Part shown: one piece after another, positions 54,259-63,366 of the stretch
Numbering within the stretch: the stretch's first letter is position 1
How the letters are laid out: every line of letters starts with the position of its first letter
From: an uncultured Azospirillum sp.
Lineage (GTDB): Bacteria; Pseudomonadota; Alphaproteobacteria; RF32; CAG-239
Reading direction: 5' to 3'
Length of the DNA stretch: 64,000 nt
NCBI GenBank assembly: GCA_900542055.1
Contig: UQMA01000004.1
Span: forward strand, 6,955-70,954
Notes under the pieces: model-generated
What the model was told of the DNA's origin: nothing
Databases searched by the model: none
Seen by the model: only the letters and a program-made list of their open reading frames with translations
Made by a program: the position numbers and the translations under genes

Positions 54259-56070
54259 TTATTGAATTTCCTCAGCTAATAAAGAAATTTCCAACCACTG
54301 GTTTTCAGCTTCCGACTTTTGGTTTTCAAGCTCTTTCAGTTCATCGCTCAAAGCAAAAAAACGCTCTTTGTCGTTTTGATATAAGTTTGTATCAGCAAGA
54401 TTTTCGGTTACTTCAGCAATCTTCTTTTCTATTTCCTCTATTTGGGTAGGTAAAACTTGTAGCAGACGCTGTTGATTATAAGTCAGTTTGCGTGTGTTTA
54501 TCATTTTGGGCTTGTCATTTTTCGGACAGGATTTGTTTTTTGTTGTAGTTTTTTCTTTTTCCGCATCTGGTGAAATTTTTGCCAATACCTCGCTGTAACT
54601 GCCGATATGTTCCACAACGCTGCCGTCGCCTTTCATATATATAATAGAGGTTACAAGTTTATCCAAAAAGTCGCGGTCGTGGCTGACAATAAGCATTGTG
54701 CCGTCATAATCGCTCAGCATTTCCTGCAGTAGATCAAGGGTGTCCATATCCAGATCGTTTGTCGGTTCATCAAGCAATAAAAAGTTTGAAGGAACAGCTA
54801 ATACTTTGGCTAACATCAAACGATTTTTTTCTCCTCCGGACAGCGAAGCTACAGGAGATTTGGCTTGATCAGGGGTAAACAAAAAGTCTTTAAGATATGC
54901 AACTACATGTCGGTAAGAACCTCTGACCCAAATATGATCGCCTTCTTCACAGAGCGTCTGCCAAAGAGTCTTTTGAGGATTGAGGCTGAAACGGTTTTGA
55001 TCAAAATAAGCTTCCTGCAAGTTTTTTCCGATACGGACAAAGCCGGAATCCGGCTCTAATTTCTTGGTCAGAAGTTTTATTAGTGTTGTTTTTCCAGCAC
55101 CGTTTGGACCTACAATTCCGATTCTGTTTCCTCTGATGATTTTGGTTGAAAAATCCTTGACAATTTGGCGGTCGCCGAAAGCCTTTTCTATATGTTTAGC
55201 TTCAATGACCAGCTTAGATTTCCATAGTGTGTTTTCAACATCCATATTAACGGAACCGATTTGTTTGATTTGTTCACGCCGTTCCTGCCGTAATTGCAGC
55301 AATCTGCGCAATCGGCCCTGATTGCGGCGTCGGCGGGCAGTCACGCCTTTATGAAGCCATTCAGTTTCTTCTGCTAATTTTTTATCTAAATGTTTTTGTG
55401 CTATAATTTCTTGTTCTATAACCTGATCCTGCCATTCTTCGAAAAACTGAAAACCACGGTTATTACGGCGCATGGTTCCGCGGTCAAGCCAAAAGGTTGT
55501 ACGTGAAATATTACACAAAAAGCGCCGGTCATGGCTGATAACAACTACAGCGCCGGAATAAGAGGCGATTAATTTTTCCAAAAATTCAATTGTCGGCATA
55601 TCCAAATGGTTTGTCGGTTCGTCTAAGAGCAAAATGTCGGGTTCGGCAATCAACGCTTTTGCTAAAGTTGCTTTGCGGCGTTCTCCTCCCGAAGAAACCT
55701 CGGGGTTTTGTTCGGCGGCTATATTAAGCTGATCAATGAGCATTTGCGCTTTATAGGCTTTGGTTGCGCTTTCTTCATCCTTCAATCCCGAAAGCACAAC
55801 ATCGCGTAAAGTTTTGTAAGCGCTTAAATCCGTTTCTTGCGGCATATAGCCGATTGTGGTATTAGGTTGAATAAAAATTTCGCCTTCGTCCGGTTCTTGC
55901 AATCCAGCGATAATTTTGAGCAATGTCGATTTTCCTGAACCATTGCGTCCGACCAAAGATATTTTATCTCCTCGGTTTATATAGAGTTCAACTCCGCGAA
56001 ACAATTGATTGGTTCCAAAACGCAGTTTAATATCTTTTAATGTGTAAACAGGTGGTTCAAATGTCGGCAT
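54259..56070 (-). CDS. ABC-F family ATPase (tandem ABC domains, coiled-coil C-terminus)
   Basis: 603 aa. There are two Walker A motifs (GRNGSGKST, GPNGAGKTT) and two signatures (SSGGERRK, LSGGEKNR). No TM domain is present. The K/E-rich C-terminal helix is typical of Uup/YheS-like ABC-F proteins. Confidence 0.9.
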   Translation of the reverse strand: MPTFEPPVYTLKDIKLRFGTNQLFRGVELYINRGDKISLVGRNGSGKSTLLKIIAGLQEPDEGEIFIQPNTTIGYMPQETDLSAYKTLRDVVLSGLKDEESATKAYKAQMLIDQLNIAAEQNPEVSSGGERRKATLAKALIAEPDILLLDEPTNHLDMPTIEFLEKLIASYSGAVVVISHDRRFLCNISRTTFWLDRGTMRRNNRGFQFFEEWQDQVIEQEIIAQKHLDKKLAEETEWLHKGVTARRRRNQGRLRRLLQLRQERREQIKQIGSVNMDVENTLWKSKLVIEAKHIEKAFGDRQIVKDFSTKIIRGNRIGIVGPNGAGKTTLIKLLTKKLEPDSGFVRIGKNLQEAYFDQNRFSLNPQKTLWQTLCEEGDHIWVRGSYRHVVAYLKDFLFTPDQAKSPVASLSGGEKNRLMLAKVLAVPSNFLLLDEPTNDLDMDTLDLLQEMLSDYDGTMLIVSHDRDFLDKLVTSIIYMKGDGSVVEHIGSYSEVLAKISPDAEKEKTTTKNKSCPKNDKPKMINTRKLTYNQQRLLQVLPTQIEEIEKKIAEVTENLADTNLYQNDKERFFALSDELKELENQKSEAENQWLEISLLAEEIQ

Positions 56071-56257
56071 TTTTTCCTCTCATATTTTTATATTGTTCAG
56101 CATTATAGCTATTAAGACGGAAAAATAAACAGAAAAAATAAAAGTAGAAGTATCTGTAAGCGAAAAATACAATAACAAAAAGTAAAAAGTAAAATAGAGT
56201 TGAAGAACAGTAAAAAACGTATATGATAAACAAAAAAAGAAATTTTTAGGATTGATA

Positions 56258-57421
56258 ATGACAAAATATATTTTTACTTTTTTTCTTTTGACTTTTTGTG
56301 CGTTTCCGGTTTTTGCCGAGAGTGATCCTTCTTTGATAGATTTGTTTGGAGAAGAGGAAAGCAAACAAACGAATAAGGAACAAGAAAAGCAAAATTCAAG
56401 CCAGCAGATAGCAGCTGAAAACAATAAAGGCAATGATAAAGTAGAAGTTGACGATGATGGTGTATTTTCCTTTTTAAACTTTTCTTTTTTGCGTAAAGAC
56501 AAGGCTAAAGAGTTTACCCGTAAATCAGATGAACCGCAGGAAAGTTATGAAGAACGCATGGTGCGTTTGGCAGAAGAAGGCGATACCGATGCTTGTCTGA
56601 CTTTGGGTTATATGTATCTGTATGGCGAAAACGGTTTGGCGCAAGATGATACAAAAGCTTTTAAATATTACACGCTTGCAGCTGATAAAGGTGATAAAAT
56701 CGCTTTAAATAATCTGGGAAGCTTGTATTACAGCGGTATAGGCACAACTAAAAATGTTGCAAAAGCTGTTAAATTGTTTGAGGAAGCTGCAAAATTAGGA
56801 AACAATGAAGCAGCTGTCAATTTGGCTTTTGTTTATTTGACCTCATCAAAAGGAGCGAGCGGAAATTTGCGAAGCGCAATATTAAAGCTTTTTAATCAAG
56901 CGGCAGAAGGCGGAAATGTTACTGCTCAATATATGATGGGAATGATTTATTATAATGGCTTCGGCATTGCAAAAAATGACGACCGCGCTTTTCAACTGCT
57001 AAAAAAAGCGGCATCACAATATGACGAAGCGCAATATCAATTGGCTTTGCGCTATATGAATGCCGAAGGAACGCCGAGAAACTATGGAAATGCGGTTAAT
57101 AATTTAACAAAGGCTGCTTTGCAGGGACACATTCCTTCTATGCTGTGGTTGGGGGATATTTTTGCAGAAGGAACGAGTTATCCAAAAAATGAATATAAAG
57201 CTTATGTTTGGTACAATATTGCTTCTGTTTACGATGCTAAAAGTGCAGCGGAAAAACGAGACTTTTTAGAGAAAAAGCTAAAAATAGAGGAAGTCTTGCA
57301 AGCGCAGGCTGAAGCTGAAAGTTATAAAGCCAAACCAAGTAAAATAACAGATTATGTTCATCAGACGTTTGGTGTTAATTTGGCTGATTATGTTACGGAA
57401 AAAGCTATCCAAAGAAGATGA
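56258..57421 (+). CDS. Secreted Sel1-repeat (SLR/TPR-like) protein
   Basis: The signal peptide reads MTKYIFTFFLLTFCAFPVFA. It is followed by about 7 Sel1 repeats (A.KYYTLAADKGD..A.NNLG.LY..G.G, etc.). Confidence 0.8.
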   Translation: MTKYIFTFFLLTFCAFPVFAESDPSLIDLFGEEESKQTNKEQEKQNSSQQIAAENNKGNDKVEVDDDGVFSFLNFSFLRKDKAKEFTRKSDEPQESYEERMVRLAEEGDTDACLTLGYMYLYGENGLAQDDTKAFKYYTLAADKGDKIALNNLGSLYYSGIGTTKNVAKAVKLFEEAAKLGNNEAAVNLAFVYLTSSKGASGNLRSAILKLFNQAAEGGNVTAQYMMGMIYYNGFGIAKNDDRAFQLLKKAASQYDEAQYQLALRYMNAEGTPRNYGNAVNNLTKAALQGHIPSMLWLGDIFAEGTSYPKNEYKAYVWYNIASVYDAKSAAEKRDFLEKKLKIEEVLQAQAEAESYKAKPSKITDYVHQTFGVNLADYVTEKAIQRR

Positions 57422-57486
57422 ATAACAGGATAAAATAGCAGAACAATAACGAAACTGTTTATTTGCTATAAATTAGATATAAAAAT

Positions 57487-57517
57487 AAAACCTCCGAATA
57501 TCGGAGGTTTTATTTTT
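57487..57517. terminator. Bidirectional rho-independent terminator between the Sel1 gene and thrS
   Basis: aaaaCCTCCGA-ata-TCGGAGGttttattttt, between convergent genes. Confidence 0.7.
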
Positions 57518-57530
57518 AATTTTTGATTAT

Positions 57531-59462
57531 TTATTCATTGATATGAGGCATCTTAGCTTCTTCAACCAAAGCTGCAATAAACTCATCAACTTTCATAACC
57601 GTCTGTTTGTCAGACCCCAAACGGCGGACAGTTACAGTTCCGTTTTCTTTTTCTTTTGCGCCGACAATAGCAATAACAGGAATTTTTGCAACGGAATGTT
57701 CACGAATTTTATAATTGATTTTTTCATTGCGCAAATCTGCTTTTGCTAGCAATCCGGCAGCTTTCAGTTTGTCGGTAATTTCATTTGCGTAATCGTTGAA
57801 CTCACTGACAATAGGCGAAACAACAACTTGTTCCGGTGAAAGCCATAAAGGCAATTTGCCGGCATGGTTTTCAATCAAAATTCCCAAGAAACGTTCAATC
57901 GAACCGAACAAAGCGCGGTGCAACATAACAGGTTGATGTTTTTCGCCGTCTTCGCCGATATATGAAATATCGAAACGTTGCGGCAAGTTCATATCAACCT
58001 GAATTGTGCCGCATTGCCATTCACGACCGATAGCGTCACGCAAAATAAATTCAAGTTTAGGACCATAAAAGGCGCCTTCGCCTGCATTGATTTCGTATTT
58101 GTAGCCATGAGAAGTCAGTGCGTTTGCCAAAGCGTTTTCGCACAAATCCCAAATTTCATCAGATCCGATACGGTAAATGCTGTCCGGACGAGTAGAAAGG
58201 TAAATTTTTACATCTTCAAAACCAAAATCTTTATAAATATCCAAAATCAATTTCAAAGTTGTAATGCATTCTTCTTCCATTTGTTCAGGAGTGCAGAAAA
58301 TATGAGCATCATCCTGCGTAAATTCACGTACGCGCATTAATCCCATCAAGGAGCCAGAAGCTTCATAACGGTTAACCATGCCAAATTCGGCCATACGTAA
58401 AGGCAAATCGCGGTAAGATTTAATTCCTTGTTTATAAACTAACAAGCCGCCTGGGCAGTTCATCGGCTTTACGCAGAATACTTTACCGTCTTCGGTTTTA
58501 CCGGAATAGTTGTGAGCGCCGTATTTGTCCCAGTGACCTGAAGTTTCCCACAAGCAGCGATCCATAATACGCGGCGTTGCTATTTCAATATAGCCGTTAT
58601 GTTCCTGACGGTTACGCATATAGTCAATAAGTTTGCGGTAAATGCGGTATCCTTTGTCGTGCCAAAAAACAGCTCCTGGAGCATACTCCGGTTCAAAATG
58701 GAACAAATCCATCTCGCGGCCGAGTTTGCGGTGATCGCGTTTTGCTGCTTCTTCAAGCATAGTCAAATAAGCATCTAAGTCCTTTTTGTTTGCCCAAGCG
58801 GTAGCATAAATGCGCTGCAGCATTTCTTTGCTGGAATCTCCGCGCCAATAAGCTCCCGCAACTTTTGTCAGTTTGAAAGCGTCGCCGATTTTTCCTGTAG
58901 AAGGAACATGAGGACCGCGGCAAAGATCCGTAAAGTTCCCCTGAGAATAAAGGGAGATTGTTTCATCTTCCGGCAAATCTTCAATCAATTCGACTTTGTA
59001 ATGTTCGTTAATAGATTTGAAGTAAGCAATAGCTTCATTTCTTGGTAAAACTTTGCGGGTGATTTTTTCATCTCTTTTAACGATTTCATGCATTTTTGCT
59101 TCGATTTTTTCAAAATCTTCAGTCGTAAAGGGTTCTTTTCTGGAAAAATCATAATAAAAGCCGTTTTCAATAGCCGGACCGATGGTAACTTGTACATCAG
59201 GCCACAATTCTTTGACAGCTTCTGCCATAACATGAGAACAAGAATGGCGCAAAATTTCAAGGCCTTCTTTGTCTTTTGCAGTAATAACGGTTACGGTTGC
59301 ATCTGTAGTGATTGTGGTATCTAAATCTTGTAATTTATTATTAACCTTAACCGCTAAAGCATTTTTTGCTAAACCGGCGCTGATTTTTCCGGCAATTTCA
59401 GCTCCTGAAACATTTCCGGCAAAATCCATAACACTACCGTCTGGTAATTTTATAGCAACCAT
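57531..59462 (-). CDS. thrS: Threonine--tRNA ligase
   Basis: 643 aa. It has an N-terminal TGS domain, the editing-domain motif HSCSHVMA, and the class II core with RVREFTQDDAHIF and GAFYGPK. Confidence 0.95.
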   Translation of the reverse strand: MVAIKLPDGSVMDFAGNVSGAEIAGKISAGLAKNALAVKVNNKLQDLDTTITTDATVTVITAKDKEGLEILRHSCSHVMAEAVKELWPDVQVTIGPAIENGFYYDFSRKEPFTTEDFEKIEAKMHEIVKRDEKITRKVLPRNEAIAYFKSINEHYKVELIEDLPEDETISLYSQGNFTDLCRGPHVPSTGKIGDAFKLTKVAGAYWRGDSSKEMLQRIYATAWANKKDLDAYLTMLEEAAKRDHRKLGREMDLFHFEPEYAPGAVFWHDKGYRIYRKLIDYMRNRQEHNGYIEIATPRIMDRCLWETSGHWDKYGAHNYSGKTEDGKVFCVKPMNCPGGLLVYKQGIKSYRDLPLRMAEFGMVNRYEASGSLMGLMRVREFTQDDAHIFCTPEQMEEECITTLKLILDIYKDFGFEDVKIYLSTRPDSIYRIGSDEIWDLCENALANALTSHGYKYEINAGEGAFYGPKLEFILRDAIGREWQCGTIQVDMNLPQRFDISYIGEDGEKHQPVMLHRALFGSIERFLGILIENHAGKLPLWLSPEQVVVSPIVSEFNDYANEITDKLKAAGLLAKADLRNEKINYKIREHSVAKIPVIAIVGAKEKENGTVTVRRLGSDKQTVMKVDEFIAALVEEAKMPHINE

Positions 59463-59482
59463 ATTTTTAATCCTTTTTCATT

Positions 59483-60637
59483 TTAGTTCATTTTCAACAA
59501 TTCGTTATACACATCCATTGTTTTATCGCACATTTGCTGCATGGTAAAATGGTCGTGTACATTTTTTATTGCCGCAGCCGAAATTTTTTGTCTTTCGCTG
59601 TCCGGCAAATCAAGCGCCCAATCAATAGCCTCAGCCAAAGCCTGCGCATCGCCGCTTTTGAACAAACGACCGCTGATGCCGTCAATAACATTTTCTAAAG
59701 AACCGCCGATATTGGAAGCTAGAACAATTTTGCCCATAGCTTGACCCTCGATGGCAGCTCTTCCGAAAGCTTCCGGCTCAATGGCTGTTGAGAGGACAAT
59801 ATCCGACACCATAAGCAATGCCGGAATATCAAAACTTTCACCGATAAATTGAATGCGGTCGCTGACATTCAGCTTTTCCGCCATTTCTTTTAATTCATTA
59901 GTATATTTAACTCTTCCCTGATCGGAACCGATAATAAGTGCATAAGCTTCTTTATGTTTTATTTTGGACATGGCTTCTACCAGAAGGTGCTGTCCTTTCC
60001 AACGTGTAATTCTGCCGATTAAAGATATAATCGGGCGGTCCTCCGGCAAATGATTGTCGGCGATTGCACGGATAATTCTTTCTTGAGTAACCGCAGACTG
60101 TGAAAATTTATCTATATCGACACACCGCGGAATCAGCCTGATCTTTGATTCATCAATTTGATAGTTTGCCAGCATATGTTTCTTTATATGTTGCGAAATA
60201 GCTATAACCAATTGCCCGAACGTCATAACTTTGTTATAGAATTTCTTGATTCCTTTTGGTCCCAAACCGTAAGTTCCATGAAAAGTCGTCATAAATTTAA
60301 CGCCCGTTTTCTTGGCGGCCCAATAGGCACTCCACGCCGGCGCGCGTGATCTTGCATGAACAATGTTTATGCCGTTTTCTTTAATGATTTTCGCCAATTT
60401 TAAGGAATTTAAATACATTTTTATGGGATTTTTGGTTTTTAACGGCAAAGTAAAGTGTTTAATGCCCATCTTGTCGAGTTCATAAACCAAACGCCCGCCG
60501 CATGAAGCGACAAAAGGCGTATATCCTTTTTGTTTGAGCGCTTCGGCAATTTGAACCGTTCCCCATTCCACGCCGCCATGCTGAAGCTCGGGAATAACTT
60601 GTAAAACAACAGGTTTTTCTTCTTTACCTTTAACCAT
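59483..60637 (-). CDS. GT4-family (GT-B fold) glycosyltransferase
   Basis: The start is taken at MVKGKEEKPVVLQVIPELQHGG (ATG 60637, AGGA SD). The E-x7-E-type C-terminal region reads EPEAFGRAAIEGQAMG. Confidence 0.75.
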   Translation of the reverse strand: MVKGKEEKPVVLQVIPELQHGGVEWGTVQIAEALKQKGYTPFVASCGGRLVYELDKMGIKHFTLPLKTKNPIKMYLNSLKLAKIIKENGINIVHARSRAPAWSAYWAAKKTGVKFMTTFHGTYGLGPKGIKKFYNKVMTFGQLVIAISQHIKKHMLANYQIDESKIRLIPRCVDIDKFSQSAVTQERIIRAIADNHLPEDRPIISLIGRITRWKGQHLLVEAMSKIKHKEAYALIIGSDQGRVKYTNELKEMAEKLNVSDRIQFIGESFDIPALLMVSDIVLSTAIEPEAFGRAAIEGQAMGKIVLASNIGGSLENVIDGISGRLFKSGDAQALAEAIDWALDLPDSERQKISAAAIKNVHDHFTMQQMCDKTMDVYNELLKMN

Positions 60638-60689
60638 TTTATTCCTATAATCTTTCAATCGTTTAATTTATATCAAATCGAGTAACAAT

Positions 60690-61433
60690 ATGCAAAAATA
60701 CACTCTTAATTCTCAATTTGCAATAGATTTTGAATATATTGCGCCAAAAAATAATGAACTGACGGTGCTCTATTTGCATGGCTTTTGTTCAGATGCTTGG
60801 GGACGCAAACCCGACACTGTTAAAAAAGTTTGCAATGAGCTTGGAATGGGCTTTTTGCGTTTTGATTACGCAGGGCATGGAAGCGATTCGGTAAATTTTG
60901 AAAAAGCTGATTTTGATATTTGGCGAAATCAAATTCGTGAGATGGTTGAAAAGTTTATTGCCGGTGACTTTATTGTAATCGGAGCTTCTATGGGCGGTTG
61001 GCTGGCATTGGATACGGCCATGGCTTTTCCCGAAAGGGTGAAAGGCGTAATCGGTTTGGCCGCGGCGCCGAATTTTGTAAAGCGTTTTGCCTCGGGTATC
61101 GGTGATAAAGAAAAGCATGAACTTGAAAAATACGGAAAATTTAAAATTATCAATAATGATTTTGAATACACGATAACGGCTCGCTTTGTACAAACGGCAA
61201 TGGCTGCATGTTTGCCGGAAAATGGAGAAAAATGGCCTGTGCATTGTCCTGTATGCTTGATACAGGGGATGAAAGATGCCAGTGTTCCTTGGCGGTTGGT
61301 GCTTGAATATGCCGATTGTATTGCATCGGAAAAAGTTGTTGTTAAATTGCTTAAAAATGCAAATCATCGGTTGAATGACGATGAAGCGCTGGTAGAATTA
61401 CGCTCATCTGTTGCAAATATTGTGAATATCTGA
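60690..61433 (+). CDS. Alpha/beta-fold hydrolase
   Basis: 247 aa. LYLHGFCSD and the nucleophile elbow GASMGG are present. The late D/H residues are ..DASVP.. and ..NANHRL. Confidence 0.75.
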   Translation: MQKYTLNSQFAIDFEYIAPKNNELTVLYLHGFCSDAWGRKPDTVKKVCNELGMGFLRFDYAGHGSDSVNFEKADFDIWRNQIREMVEKFIAGDFIVIGASMGGWLALDTAMAFPERVKGVIGLAAAPNFVKRFASGIGDKEKHELEKYGKFKIINNDFEYTITARFVQTAMAACLPENGEKWPVHCPVCLIQGMKDASVPWRLVLEYADCIASEKVVVKLLKNANHRLNDDEALVELRSSVANIVNI

Positions 61434-61501
61434 TAATTAAAAGTTCTAAATGCCCTGAAAATTAGCTAATCTATTTATAGAGGAAAAATAGAGATAAAGC
61501 C

Positions 61502-62593
61502 GTGATTGAGACAAAAATTGATAAATCTGCCGTTTGCACCGCTTTTGCCTGCGCAATAGCGGCTTTTGCCTGTGGCTTTGCATTTTGTCTTGCAATGTTA
61601 TCCAATAGCGGCAGCTGCTATTTTTTGATTAAAGATTTTTTGTTTTCAACCCGCGGCTATGCTTGGGTGCAAGAAATACGAGCGCTAATGGGGGCAACGG
61701 TTTTTGATGCCGCTCAAATAGTTTTGCTTATTTTGATTTTATTTATAGCGGTGTCTGTGGTAATAGTCCGTTTTTTACAGATTTTCCGCAAGTCTGTTCA
61801 AGAAAGCAAAACTAAAAGAGAAGAACAGTCTGTCGATGTGTTTCCTCCGTTTACAGCTTTTGAAAACAGTATTCCGCAATCAGAAAGTAAAAATGAAAAT
61901 AATATAGAGCAGGCAGAAGAAGATAAAAAAACAGAAAATAATTGGGAAAAATTAAATTCCCTTTCTTCTGAAGTGTTGTGCCGGTATCTTAAATGCGAAT
62001 GTCCGCAGGTGGCGGCTATTGTTTTGGAAAAATTGAATTCTGAACTAAGTGCGCGGGTTTTATCATCATTTGATACAAATTTTGCAGCAGAAGTTGTATC
62101 TGCTATGCTGGAGAACCGTCAGCCCGATACACAATTATCTGAAACTATCGGGCGTACGGTTTTTGAAAATATACATACGCAAAAAAACGAAAATCGATTG
62201 CAAAAAGTATATGAAATTTTCCATTTTATGGATGATTCTATTGAAAACAAAGTTTTAAAAATTATAAAAGAAAACAATCCGACAGCGGCAGATGAAATAT
62301 CAGAAGAAAATATTTTGTTTGAGGATCTGCAAAAATTGACTTTGGCGGAAACAGCGGAATTTTTATCTCAAATAGATGAGGCAAAATTGGTGATAGCTTT
62401 GCGCGGAGCATCTGAAAAACTCCGCAGTCATTTATATGCAGCCATGCCTGTCCGTCAATCCAATTTGATTAAGGAAGCTTTGCAAAAACTCGGACCGATA
62501 AAATTGCGTGATATAGAAAAAGCTCAACAAGAGATTTTGTCTGTAGGTAAAAAGATGTATGCCGGCGCTTTGCGGAGCCGAAAATATGAATGA
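61502..62593 (+). CDS. fliG: FliG-like protein: two N-terminal TM helices + FliG middle and C-terminal domains
   Basis: 363 aa with a GTG start. TM1 is AVCTAFACAIAAFACGFAFCLAML and TM2 is AAQIVLLILILFIAVSVVIVRFL. CECPQVAAIVLEKL resembles the FliG-M EHPQ-IALIL motif. ALRGASEKLRSHLYAAMPVRQSNLIKEALQKLGPIKLRDIEKAQQEIL aligns with E. coli ALKGAEQPLREKFLRNMSQRAADILRDDLANRGPVRLSQVENEQKAIL. Confidence 0.65.
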   Translation: MIETKIDKSAVCTAFACAIAAFACGFAFCLAMLSNSGSCYFLIKDFLFSTRGYAWVQEIRALMGATVFDAAQIVLLILILFIAVSVVIVRFLQIFRKSVQESKTKREEQSVDVFPPFTAFENSIPQSESKNENNIEQAEEDKKTENNWEKLNSLSSEVLCRYLKCECPQVAAIVLEKLNSELSARVLSSFDTNFAAEVVSAMLENRQPDTQLSETIGRTVFENIHTQKNENRLQKVYEIFHFMDDSIENKVLKIIKENNPTAADEISEENILFEDLQKLTLAETAEFLSQIDEAKLVIALRGASEKLRSHLYAAMPVRQSNLIKEALQKLGPIKLRDIEKAQQEILSVGKKMYAGALRSRKYE

Positions 62594-63107
62594 GTTAAAA
62601 ATATTCGGTTTTGATAATTTTATCATAGATGATGAACAGCCGGTTTTTGATTTATCTGTTAACCGAAGGCAAGAGAATTTGCCTCCGCAGCAAATGGAAA
62701 TGCTGTTGAAAGATATAAATACTAAGCTGAAAGTTTTATTAAATGACCGCAATAAGGAAAATTTGCGTTTTATAAAAATGGTTTTGTCTGAAGTGGCACC
62801 GGCATTAGCTGAACAATGTGGTGAAAAAATCATTGATGACTATATAGAGCGTCGTTTTCCAGATATTAAAAATCGTACAAAACTCGATTTTTATTTTAAT
62901 CCGGATAATTTGCCGTCAATTCGTCAAAAACTTGAAAATTTGGCAATTCAAAACGGTTATGAAGGACGGATATGCTTGCACAAAGACGAAAATATGCGGC
63001 AAGGCGAATGTCGGATTGTTTGGAATGACGGCGAAGAACTTTTTTCAACAGAGCAAATTTTAGAAAAGATTCGCAAGCAGCTTGATGGGGTGATGGAAAA
63101 TGACTGA
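62586..63107 (+). CDS. FliH/FlbE-like flagellar assembly protein
   Basis: The start is taken at MNELKIFGF, where the ATG overlaps the fliG-like stop. It sits between fliG and fliN, as in alphaproteobacterial operons. The C-terminal pattern RICLHKDENMRQGECRIVWNDGEELFS resembles the FliH '..P.L..GGC.IE...G.ID' end. Weak call. Confidence 0.5.
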   Translation: MNELKIFGFDNFIIDDEQPVFDLSVNRRQENLPPQQMEMLLKDINTKLKVLLNDRNKENLRFIKMVLSEVAPALAEQCGEKIIDDYIERRFPDIKNRTKLDFYFNPDNLPSIRQKLENLAIQNGYEGRICLHKDENMRQGECRIVWNDGEELFSTEQILEKIRKQLDGVMEND

Positions 63108-63366
63108 TGAAGAAAAATTGCAAAAAATTGGAGCAGCTGCGGACATTGATGTTAAAATAACGGTTGTTGCGGGGAAAACCTGTTTAACTTTGCAACAACT
63201 TTCCGACCTGCAGATCGGTGCAATTCTTGAACTTGATAAAAATATTGACGAAGATTTGGATATTTGCGTAAATGGAACGCCTGTTGCTAAAGGGCGCTTG
63301 GCTTTATCCGGTGAAGAATTGGGAATTTGCATAACTAAAATTTTAGCAGATGGTGACGACCGATGA
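63100..63366 (+). CDS. fliN: Flagellar motor switch protein FliN (SpoA domain only)
   Basis: 88 aa. ITVVAGKTCLTLQQLSDLQIGAILELDKNIDEDLDICVNGTPVAKGRLALSGEELGICITKIL is the FliN/YscQ SpoA pattern. Confidence 0.8.
   Translation: MTDEEKLQKIGAAADIDVKITVVAGKTCLTLQQLSDLQIGAILELDKNIDEDLDICVNGTPVAKGRLALSGEELGICITKILADGDDR

Noticed and set aside
56080-56502. 140-aa minus-strand ORF
   Set aside because: It spans an AT-rich divergent promoter region and the antisense of the Sel1-repeat gene start. The product is low-complexity and Phe/Leu/Ser/Lys-rich.
60789-61367. 192-aa minus-strand ORF
   Set aside because: It is antisense to the alpha/beta hydrolase gene, which has a clear GASMGG nucleophile elbow.
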